64,000 nucleotides of DNA from Tubiluchus corallicola (lineage: Eukaryota > Animalia > Priapulida), in NCBI GenBank assembly GCA_030141605.1, contig JAQGDQ010000026.1:682001-746000 (forward strand). The letters are read 5' to 3'. The notes under the pieces are model-generated. The model did not search any database. It saw only the letters and a program-made list of their open reading frames with translations, and was not told the origin of the DNA. How positions within the stretch are numbered: the stretch's first letter is position 1; each line of letters begins with the position of its first letter. Positions 14,224-24,339 of this stretch are shown here, in pieces. Made by a program: the position numbers and the translations under genes.

Positions 14224-15753
14224 AGTATTTTTGCAATAGGAATAATTATAAAAAAACTAGAAGTTTACCATAATCTTTGGGAAATTTAAAATTAACAGGA
14301 GTTTTTTTTTGTGTAGCTATAACTTAATTCCTGTTTCAATGAAGTCAAACAGTCAATGCGGTTTATTGACTGTCATGCCAATTTTAAATAAAACAGTTTT
14401 ATCAACAATATTCTGCCTCCTAGTCCATCTAATACCTAACTAATGTATTTTATTTATATGGCCACTCAAGCTAAAATCACCCACTCGTATCGATTTAAAT
14501 AGGCGGCTGACTCACAACTAGGGTTGAAACAAAAAATTAGGGTACCTTCATAAACCCAGGATGATACCAATAGATTTTTTTCCTACATCAGTGCACTGTA
14601 CAGCATAGAATAATACTGCCAGTATTGACTGCATCACTGTAACAAGAAATTATTGGATTAAACTTATCGGTTAGAGACGCCTGTTTTGTGTTTGGCTTCT
14701 TCCCCAATGTGACTGCAGAGTTATTCTGACATTTAGCTGTTCACTGACTGTTATATGTCTCCAGCTAAGCGGTGCTCAGTCAACCGGCAGAAACTGTTGA
14801 AGCTATTGTAAAGCAAATTAACGTCAGATCGATACTATTCATTGAACAACAATAGTTGATCGATGTTAGTCAATCACTGCGCACTTAACTGGCTGATACC
14901 GGCAAACAATTAACAGGCGCATATAGGATTTCCATAAGACCATAAGCTGACTGTTTGTCTGGCCGTATAAATCTTCAATACAATGAAATTATGCTTAGGG
15001 AAGCCAGTACGGTTAGTCGCAGCCTGCCCAACACTTTATAGGCTCTGCGTAACCAAACACTGTCAAAGGAATTTTACCCAAATTCAATGAAAATACATTA
15101 ACTTGAACTTGAAATTCGCATATCAGAAATTCGTGCAACACGGACCTGCACGGTTGCCTCAATCAGAAACAAATACATTAGCATTAAATACAGACAAGTC
15201 CAAATTTCAACAGGTAAGGCCTATTGTAATATACTGTTTATTTTCTTCCAGAAAGTTTGATGAGAAATAGTGTAATGATGGTCTGATCAACTAAGCCACT
15301 ATCTGGAGTTTGTGGGCAGATCCCTCTTTAAAGTAAAATTTTATGGAAACTTATTGCTCGGCCAAGGAATCTCCAGAGACTACCTTACATCTAGTCAGGC
15401 ATATGCCATCTGCACTAGTCGTAACACCTATGTCTTTTAAGTTTCACCAAAATATTAATAACTCCACAAAAATATTAAGACACTTAGTTAGTAACACCTA
15501 TTTTAAGTCAAGCATCGCTCGCCAAAGTGATGTGCGGCACTCGCATGTCCTCCAAGGACCCGAGGATTAAGAAGACATGAACAACAGTCACCCAAATCAA
15601 AGACGCATCAAAGTAAATAATGAGTTTACATACAGTAAATGTCATTAAAGTATTTACCTGACACTTTTGTCAACACACAATCATGAAGAAAAAATTTAAA
15701 GGTAAGTTGCGACAGATTTACAACTTATTTAAAAAAAACCAGTGCATTCTTAA

Positions 15754-15948
15754 GTGGCGTTTACCTAGTACCCGGAATGCGTATGCGTTAAGGGGTGCGG
15801 AATAGATACAATCGGGTTATACTGTTTTCAATGCATCCGTTTATCAGACCTGCGTTATGCGTTCTTTTTTCTGCTGCTATTTCCTATCGATTTTTATTCC
15901 GCAGGTTGATAACGTATAACGAATTCCAGATGCCAGGTAAACGACAAA
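15754..15948. mobile_element. MITE with ~55-bp imperfect TIRs (PIF/Harbinger-like, tentative)
   Basis: Left CGTTTACCTAGTACCCGGAATGCGTATGCGTTA..TGCGGAATA vs right reverse complement CGTTTACCTGGCATCTGGAATTCGTTATACGTTA..TGCGGAATA; TAA on the left flank. Confidence 0.55.
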
Positions 15949-17419
15949 ATAGACAGAAAAAATGTAGCCTTTGAATGACAGGGGCCTGTAGGAAATATTT
16001 TTATGGGGACCCATCTATATAGTTAAACAACTGCTTGCCAAAGCCATTCGTAAAGATCAAACGTCACTCATGTGATGAAGGCCATCGATTCTGACAATTT
16101 TCAGGCTGATGTTTCAGTCATGGAGGATTTAACTACAAGCAAAAATCACAATGCTGTGCACTAAATAAAATGAAAGTAACCCTAAAACATCGAAAGAAAA
16201 AAAATTCAAAGAATACAAGAAAGGAAACATACAGAAAATTATGACATGTTGTGTTACATGAATAAAAATAACAATTTACACATCTAAGCTTCTAAGCTAC
16301 TAAGTTTCTACTAGTTGGTGAAACCAGTGATGTAAACGAGCTAATTTACTATAGGATATTATGTATAATGCAATGACATCTGTTATCAAGGAAGAGACCA
16401 CTGTAACCAATGTATGCATTAGACTCCTGGTTTTAAGAAACTCAGGAGGAAGGTTAGCCTCAAAAACTTGTTTCAAAGGCACAGCATGGTTCTTAAAGGC
16501 TAAATCCACTTTTGCACAATTGGTAGAATGTTTTGCATATTCCTGTTATGTATCAATGAGTAACATAGTGATCTGGCATTTAGATGTGCTTGTTTGCCAC
16601 TTAAATTCAGTCTTATGAATTACTCGTGGTTTTGAACTAACTATCTATGTAACTACATTCTTGATAACCAGTTGTATATCTGTTTTCAACTAAAATGTAT
16701 TTGTTGCACAGTGGAAAAACTCCGATCAGTAATATTACTGTATGTAGATCCACTTAAAATCACAAAAGTTTATATAAATTCAGTCTTTTGCCTAGTTTAA
16801 ATTCACCCTGGAAAGATAACATGATGCCATTATATCTTAGTACACCTACACAAGTGAGGTAATGAAAGGCTTATGACATTATACTTTTCCACTTCTGATT
16901 TCTGAATGTGCAAGGCTGTAACTTTTTCCCTGCTAGGTTTTACTGATATGTGCAATGACATAGTTGTAAAAATGTATCTAGTGGAGCTGCATTGGATGTA
17001 GGTGTATATTTATGTATATGCATGTAGAGACAACTTGCAGCTATTTATCAAGTGCGCTCCACTTCATTCCCTGACAGCTCCACTTCATTCCGTGAAAACT
17101 ACACCCATGGAAATATTTTAGACGAGGCTGAGAAAAGTAAGATATGGGTAATTTTGGAAATTTGCTAGCTAGCAAATGACAGGTTGTGTTTCGTAGTTAG
17201 TTCTTTGGGCGTGAGTTGTATATTAGGTCATCAACCACAACTATCTAAAATATGCTCATGATAATCTCGCTGAACTGACTTACCTTTTAAGAATGTAACT
17301 TATAGGCTATTAATGTTAATTTAGAAACTATATATTCACATCGTTTTATATTGAAAGCATAAAAAATTTGAGTACAGTATGACCCAAAAGAAGATTTTCA
17401 AGTATGCGTTCTAAAATTA

Positions 17420-19085
17420 TATAGACTAGATAAATTTTCAGAAAAGTGGAATGCTGGAGGCATTTTTTCTAGAGGTGGGCAACTTAGTCAGTCTTATTAA
17501 TTTGACTACGCTGAATCCGAAAAACACTGTTGCTGGCTTTAAAAATTTGCAGAAAATGATCAAAAACACCAAAAGAACAAAATGGTCACGAAATTTTTGC
17601 ACAACGAATATGCACTCATATTTCGGCTTACCAGACTTAGCTTTTACAGATATCGGATGAATCGGACAAAATCTGGACCATTAAGAAGTCCCGCATACTA
17701 TGGACACAGTCCGTTGTTTCAAGAGCTGACCGTTACTTGGCAGGCCATCACTTTGTTTACATCAGTGTATTTAACTTTACTGTACTTAACGTGATTGTTT
17801 CTACGTATATCATAGCGCACAAAAGCGAAGTAAGACGACACAAAAATAGTAAAGGTCATTGGTCACACAAAAGTACTCTATTTAAGCATGTGCACAAAAA
17901 ATATAGAGTCAATTATGCCTAGCTATTTGAGTCAAATGCTGACACTTTTTAGATACTTTTGCATAAAAGCGGCCCACACTAGACGTTTTTGAGACAATTA
18001 GGTGATTGATTCTATATTCCCCTGAGTCAAATACATGGCACCTACTGTAATAGCTTAGTATTACGGTCAAATACGGTCAATCGGCAAATTCGAACCGACA
18101 TCTCCCGCTTTTGTCCTGTAAACCGAGATATGAGTGTAAATCAAAAGAAATGCCGATAAAATTAACATTAAGAGATGATATGACATCTATATCAGGATAG
18201 TTGGATTCAGAGAATTTATTTCTGTTATTTTTATTTCAAAAATTTTCGTCGCTTTCAAAATGGCCACCACACAAACGAAATCATGCATTTATATTAGCTA
18301 TTTTACCTAAAAATTGATTATAAAAAGAAAAAGAAAATTATTTTTATCAATTCAACCTTGTTGAATCTAAAACACTGCTACTAGACATCAAAAAAAGATG
18401 CATAGTGAGTTAAACAGTCCAGTAAGCAAAAAATGGCTGCCTGGATTCAGACATAATTATCTAAATAAGAGATTTTCAAGGTCAAGGAATCATGTCTGAC
18501 GATCAGAAACACCTATGACATCACCCCAATTAGGATTTGAAGATGGTATCCAAGATAGCTGCAGCCGCTTAAGAAATATATCAGCTATATTGCATGGTCT
18601 GCATAAAATAGGATGCTGATATATATCTATGTCTATATATATATATGTATATAGGGTAGTATCAATATGCCTAATATTCTCAAGATAGTCAAAATGATAA
18701 CTGTCGCTATCTTATCAAGGCCATGTATTAAACCATATGATATTCCGAACGTCAGGGGACCTTGAAAAAGGATCAGCTCGTCAAAATTCCATTCCAATAG
18801 TGGCTGTGATCACATTTAAGCATTTCCAAAAAGAGGAAAAAGGATGGCTTTGTCCTTATAGCAAGGGTTTCAGCCATATCTTATGCCAAATAAAAGTGTA
18901 AACACCATGGGCCTGAAAAAGCATCAGCTCTGTCAGCAATTCATGCTAATGCTGGGTACGACAAAACTTCATGAGAGAGTGAGTGAGAGAGAGACAGAAA
19001 GTGAGAAAGAGAGAGAGGAAGAGAGAGAGAGGAAAACAAAGAGAGAGAGGAGAGAGAGAGAGAGAGAGGAAAAGAGAGAGAGAGA

Positions 19086-19179
<94 letters not shown>

Positions 19180-20491
19180 AAAGGGCAAAAGATTGCTTTT
19201 ACCCACATGACAGAAGCATTTGTTACTTTAAGAAACACTACTAGAGATGAAAAATTGACTGAACTCATGCCTATATTCAAACTTTTTGTATTCTTGTATG
19301 TCAATTGACAATCGACAAAGCATGTAAACACCTGTTCATAAAATGGGAAGATCAGTGGAGGCAATTCCCCCAACATCAGCCACACTTTGAAGCGCATCAG
19401 AAAAGCGAAATATTAGACAGGATACTTTTGGGACAGGCAGTGATCCCTGCACCAGCTTTACCCTCATCATTTGACTGGGGCTGGAAGAGGTCCATTGACA
19501 CTGGAAACTGTATATTCGAAAGGATGTCAACAACTTATTAAATGTTGTTGCCAGCCAGCCAAAGAGTGTCATGGCTGATTAAAATGGTCCTAAAAGTGAT
19601 GAATGTGAAAGATTGTTTAAATCTATATACCAGGATCTATGAATTCTGACTTGAAATGCTTAGCAGTGACCATGCTGGTTTCTATGCAGCCATCTTGAAA
19701 TCCTAAATATGGTGATGTCAGAGGTGTTTTAAGCATCAAATGTAGATTCCTTGACCTTCAAAACCTATATAGACATCAAGATCATTATTTTATGTTCTAA
19801 CTGTTAAGATGTGATCTTTATATACTAGTGACAGCCATCTTATCAATCAACATGAAAATGACCCTCATATTAGAGGATTTTCTGTTGACCCCATATTCAA
19901 AATTGATCACGTTAAAGGTTCTAGTACTGTGAATGCTTCATAACTTTTAGTCAAAATGAACAAGTTTTTTCACCATTCTGCTGAACTATATGGTGGCCAA
20001 TTTGTTTCTTGTTTATTGAAGTCCTTTTGTATCCTGTTTGTGGTATAGCGGTATTTAGCTTGAACAAGGTCGAATTAACAAAAATTTTGTATTTACGATA
20101 AATGTTAAGGTGAACAGGCTAAGACAATTGGATAACCGGCATAATTTTGTTTTGTGTGGCAACCACTTTTGGTGCCCAATAAAAATTGTGACCATTTTTG
20201 AAATGGAAGTAACAGAAATGGATTGATCAGGCTCAAATACCCTGGAATGCAAAATTAATTCTTAATGCTAATTTTCTGGTATTTCTTGATATATATGGTT
20301 TGTGAAAAAAGTTATTAGCCGTTTTGTTTTTTGCATTTTTGAGCTTGTTTGGCTTATTTTTCATGCCGGCAACAATTTTTTTAGATTCAGCATAAATAAA
20401 ATTTATAAGATTGGCTATGATGTCCACTTTTAAAAAAATCGCCACTTGAATTTTACAGAAGCATTTTTTCGGGATTTTCTTCTAGTCTATA
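17420..20491 (+). mobile_element. Composite Academ-like DNA transposon relic: nested long inverted repeats around an XPG-like nuclease remnant
   Basis: IR pairs: 17420-17620 with 20290-20491 (both begin TATAGACTAGA), about 18140-18330 with 20090-20290, and 18470-18546 with 19690-19770. The frameshifted coding remnant at about 18840-19500 reads GPEKASALSAIHANAGYDKTS..KGQKIAF..GRSVEAIPPTSATL..GQAVIPAPALPSSFDWGWKR. Confidence 0.7.
18973..19178. repeat. (AG)n microsatellite, degenerate at the left and pure at the right
   Basis: Direct observation. Confidence 0.97.
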
Positions 20492-21009
20492 AGCCTAATC
20501 TATAATTACAGTGTATCAAGCGTTTTAGGTACAAACTTACAACATACCTTAAACAATCAATTCTGTATTTTTTTATCTCAATGCTCTTGCAATTCTTCCC
20601 CTACAAAAAGCAAACATCATGTTTAAACTACAAGTAAAATACGGGTAATTAAGTGTCACGACAGACATTTTCAGTCTCACAGTGTTGAAATTTACACAGT
20701 CATAAAACTGTAAACTACAAGGAAATGAGGTGCGCAATTTTCAAAAAAAAACAATGAATAATTTATAAAATTATGCTTAAACTGATTCGAGTGACACATA
20801 TTAGCAAACAAGTTTCTGATAACATAAAATTGCAATCACACCAAAGCTACTATGCATAACAAAGTATAACATAAAACTCCCAGCATAGATAACTTGATAA
20901 TAAGTGCTGGAATCAATGCAGAGTGGTAGCAAGATGTATTTAAAATCTTGTATTTTAAACCGAACAATTTTGCTTAAACCAGCAATTGGATACAACTAAC
21001 TAATCCTAG

Positions 21010-21082
21010 TCAGGTTCCTCTCGATGATTCCGGGTATGGTATGGGTGTGTGAAATGTTGATAGGGTGTGTGTCATTTCGAGT
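21010..21082 (-). CDS. Candidate short terminal exon of the uncharacterised gene
   Basis: Acceptor ...aaccacAG at 21083-21084. With the 21633 donor it reads RLEMTHTLSTFHTPIPYPESSRGT-stop; with the 21637 donor it reads DSK-stop. The polypyrimidine tract is weak. Confidence 0.3.
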
Positions 21083-21487
21083 CTGTGGTTGTTTTGACAA
21101 AAACAAGTAAAAAGAAGGCAATTTCAATGAACATATGAAAATGGTCAGTATCCTTCATTAATTATCTTGTTTTCATAATTTATACCTAACTGAGCTACAA
21201 CATGTGTAAATATGCAACACTCTTATAGTATCAGATAGTGCTCAGTAACTAATGTCGAAACACAACTACCTTTTAACTCGCATAAAAATAGTTCGCTTTG
21301 ATTTTAAATTAGAGTACATTACTTATTTGAGGACAAACTTTAATCAATCCTATTATCATTCGTTCGAGTATACTACTGTCAAATAACAGACTAAAATTAA
21401 TCCTAATGGGAATCTATGAATCAGTTAGGTCACATCTTTCAAACTCTTACTGACAACGAGGTTTATTTCATTAGCAATCAAATACAG

Positions 21488-23212
21488 TCACATAGCACTT
21501 GTTCTCCAAAAAGTTGCTGCCACTTCACCCATTCGTATCCTAAACAAGCTGTCTGAGTTCTTGACAATGGAACTTATGCAACAAAAGTGTATCCAAGCTG
21601 TGTAATACCTAAAGTGTATACCAATCGCATACCTACCCTGAGATTCTCCATTGCACATTACAACACCACTGTCACTATGTTTGTTTGGCTCTTCATTTGG
21701 CTTCTCAATCTCTGTAGGAGTTTCCGAAGAACTAGAAGAACGGCGACTACTTGAACCTTCACTAGAGCTTCTACTACTTCGACTCAAAGGAGGTGAGGTC
21801 ACTTCCACAGTTGGAATAATTCCCACAGCTTGGTCAAAGCTTGCAACCCAGGAAGAGTGATCACCATCTGCCTCTGGGCCAAAAGCCTCACTCGTCAAAA
21901 ATGTATCATTAACAACATTAATATCTGAAGTTTCAATCAACTTTTCTGGGGAGTCCGGGGTTGAGGAAGAAGAAGAAGATGGTGAACTGGCAGCTCTTTT
22001 TCTAAATGTTTTTGCCGGTGGTAGTGTCTTAGGCAATCTCGGAATAGTATTACTGGCATCATCAGAGTACTGCTCAGGAGGACCGGACAATGAACGATGC
22101 CTAGGACTTAAGCTCTGAGCACAAAAATTCATCCATGTTTTATTATCTATCTGACGCCTAGGGGCACGTGGTTTGTCTAGCACAAATTCTTCTCCTGGAA
22201 GTATAATATTGAGTTTTTCTTCAGATTTCACAGTCCTTAGATCTACTTTAAGATATTCATCTAATGGCACTGGCTGGAGAGGAGTGGCACTTCTAGGTCT
22301 TTCAATTGGCTTTGACTCAAATTCATATTTTGACCTGTCTGCACGAACAATCAGCGTAGTTTGCCTGGAAGAATTTGGCAGTAGCTCAAAGTCTACCGAT
22401 TCTTCATACTCAATTGAATCTTGATGTAGTAAACCATGGGCACCTTCTTCTTCAGGTGTACTTGCGTCTGCAGCTGGAGCTGCTGAACCTTTAATTGTAT
22501 CACCTGATGATTCTGATGATACCGATGATCTTCTTTCAGCTAGACCTAGAACTTTTTCTTTGGCATCATCCTCACTTATTGACGAAGATTCATTTTCTAT
22601 GTTTCCTTGTCGTATAAGTTCATGTATTTTTGGTTTATTTGCAGTTGCATCATTTATTACTGGTGGAGGTGGTGCTGGTCTCTTTAGGCTTTTCTTTTGT
22701 GTACTTTTTGCCTGAATGTTAGGGCTGGCAGTTTTTGCACGTGATTTTACTTCATTTTGGTCTCCCAATTGTTCAGGTTTGTCATGTTTTGCTTCATGGG
22801 CTTTGCCCAAATGGAATGTTGATGCTAAACCATGTGTAACCGGGCTAACAAATTTGGAAAATAGCTTAGAGAATCCTGAATGCTTCTGCCCTGCTCCACT
22901 AGATGCTCCACTTCCCGCACTTTCAGGTGTGGTCGGAGTTCTGCGGCTTCCACTGTCTCCATTCAGATGCTCAGTAAAGCTCTTTTCTGCAGTTGGTGTA
23001 GGTGTTCCTAGTGTACTATCACTGTCTCGCTGTGCTGAACTAATTTGTAGCTGAGGAGCAGCTTTCACGCTAAGGACACTTTTTACGTCTTCCCCGTCAC
23101 TTTCTTCCGAGCTACTGCGTAGGAGTAGGCTTTCTATCGTATCAAATTTTGCTAAAGGTGCCCTAACGGTTTTAAATCCTAAGTCGTCCTCAATCACTTC
23201 ATTCTCCTCCAT
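21488..23212 (-). CDS. Uncharacterised Ser/Pro/Glu-rich, probably disordered protein; large first coding exon (likely spliced at 21637 or 21633)
   Basis: 574-codon ORF, far longer than background, with good start context (aagATGG) and non-repetitive, protein-like composition. The last ~48 codons, after the CAGG|gtaggt / AG|gtatgc donors, look intronic. No family recognised. Confidence 0.85.
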   Translation of the reverse strand: MEENEVIEDDLGFKTVRAPLAKFDTIESLLLRSSSEESDGEDVKSVLSVKAAPQLQISSAQRDSDSTLGTPTPTAEKSFTEHLNGDSGSRRTPTTPESAGSGASSGAGQKHSGFSKLFSKFVSPVTHGLASTFHLGKAHEAKHDKPEQLGDQNEVKSRAKTASPNIQAKSTQKKSLKRPAPPPPVINDATANKPKIHELIRQGNIENESSSISEDDAKEKVLGLAERRSSVSSESSGDTIKGSAAPAADASTPEEEGAHGLLHQDSIEYEESVDFELLPNSSRQTTLIVRADRSKYEFESKPIERPRSATPLQPVPLDEYLKVDLRTVKSEEKLNIILPGEEFVLDKPRAPRRQIDNKTWMNFCAQSLSPRHRSLSGPPEQYSDDASNTIPRLPKTLPPAKTFRKRAASSPSSSSSSTPDSPEKLIETSDINVVNDTFLTSEAFGPEADGDHSSWVASFDQAVGIIPTVEVTSPPLSRSSRSSSEGSSSRRSSSSSETPTEIEKPNEEPNKHSDSGVVMCNGESQGRYAIGIHFRYYTAWIHFCCISSIVKNSDSLFRIRMGEVAATFWRTSAM

Positions 23213-23350
23213 CTTTCAATACTATGGGAAGCTGCATGCATCAATGCTAACGTTAGCACTGTGAGAAAATTCGATCGATTCTCCCAACTTCGCGTACACT
23301 GGTAGCCATCTTTGTTGACATTTCCAGCACTGCAAACAAGAGGGAGCTTT
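23213..23350 (-). promoter_or_regulatory. Putative promoter/5' leader of the uncharacterised gene, with a YY1-like motif and uORFs
   Basis: AAAGATGGC (YY1-like) at about 23305-23313, locally CpG-containing; out-of-frame ATGs at 23309, 23241 and 23237. Confidence 0.45.
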
Positions 23351-24339
23351 TGATTCAGGTTACGATTGTTTCATTTTAGCTTTAATTATTTTCAATGACG
23401 AGGTTACATGTTTTTTCGTAAGTAGACGGATAATAAATTAACTATTTTTATTTCAAACAAAGCAGATAGGTTTAGCATCTAGCGTTGCAAAACGAAGAAA
23501 TCTGCACATCAAACGGCACTGAATCTGACGTTTGCGTGCATTAAGTTAGTTCATCTTTATGCATGACATTAATAACAAATTTATTATAATGATATGTAAA
23601 CGTTGCAAATCCTACAATAATTATTATTAGTTGTAAGTTATTAGCTGCTACACGTACATTACATCTGCCCTGGTGCCTACATTGTTCGATTTAGTTAGTA
23701 TGCCTTTGCATAATTGTGCACATATGTATGCACGTATGCGCCGTATGTATGGCATGCATATAATATGACACTATGAAAGTGTATACACGTATACGTATGT
23801 AACGCATGCATGCACGTTTTGGTTGTTATTACGCATTTCATCTGAGTTCATGTTGACTAGTTCTTTTTTATTTATTTATGTTGGAGACCCAAAACACATG
23901 TGATAGTTTAAATTTAATAATTACTAATATGTAAAGCAATACTATTTAATGGATTACATTAATATTTTGCTTCACAAAATTTACGTATTCAGCGACACGA
24001 CAGTTTACTTTCACGATAAGAGATGGCAGCACGGTACTATGACAGCACAATGTCAGTAGTTTATGCCCTATATACGAACGTGTGAAAAACTATTTGTTGT
24101 ACGTTACGAAAACATCGCAGGCTGTTGATAAATGTCTTCATTTACCCATGTAGCGCATGAATGGGATTTTAATATCCCTTGATAGAATTTTAATGCTCCT
24201 TCCCAATAGTTTCTACATCTACAATATATAAGCCTACACGTGTTATCATTCAGCAATTTTCACTGATTATCTAATCATTATGACGACAATAAAAATTTAC
24301 AAATTAAAGAAAATTCATTGACTAATTATTATGTTACAC

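Noticed and set aside
15214-15251. Plus-strand GTAAG...TTCCAG mini-intron
   Set aside because: It is only 38 nt long and has no flanking reading frame or gene context.
18883-19397. (ER)n and (SL)n ORFs
   Set aside because: Microsatellite artefacts inside a decayed transposon.
21651-23054. Plus-strand ORFs overlapping the 574-aa ORF, and similar ORFs opposite CRIM1 exons
   Set aside because: Antisense shadows of real coding sequence.
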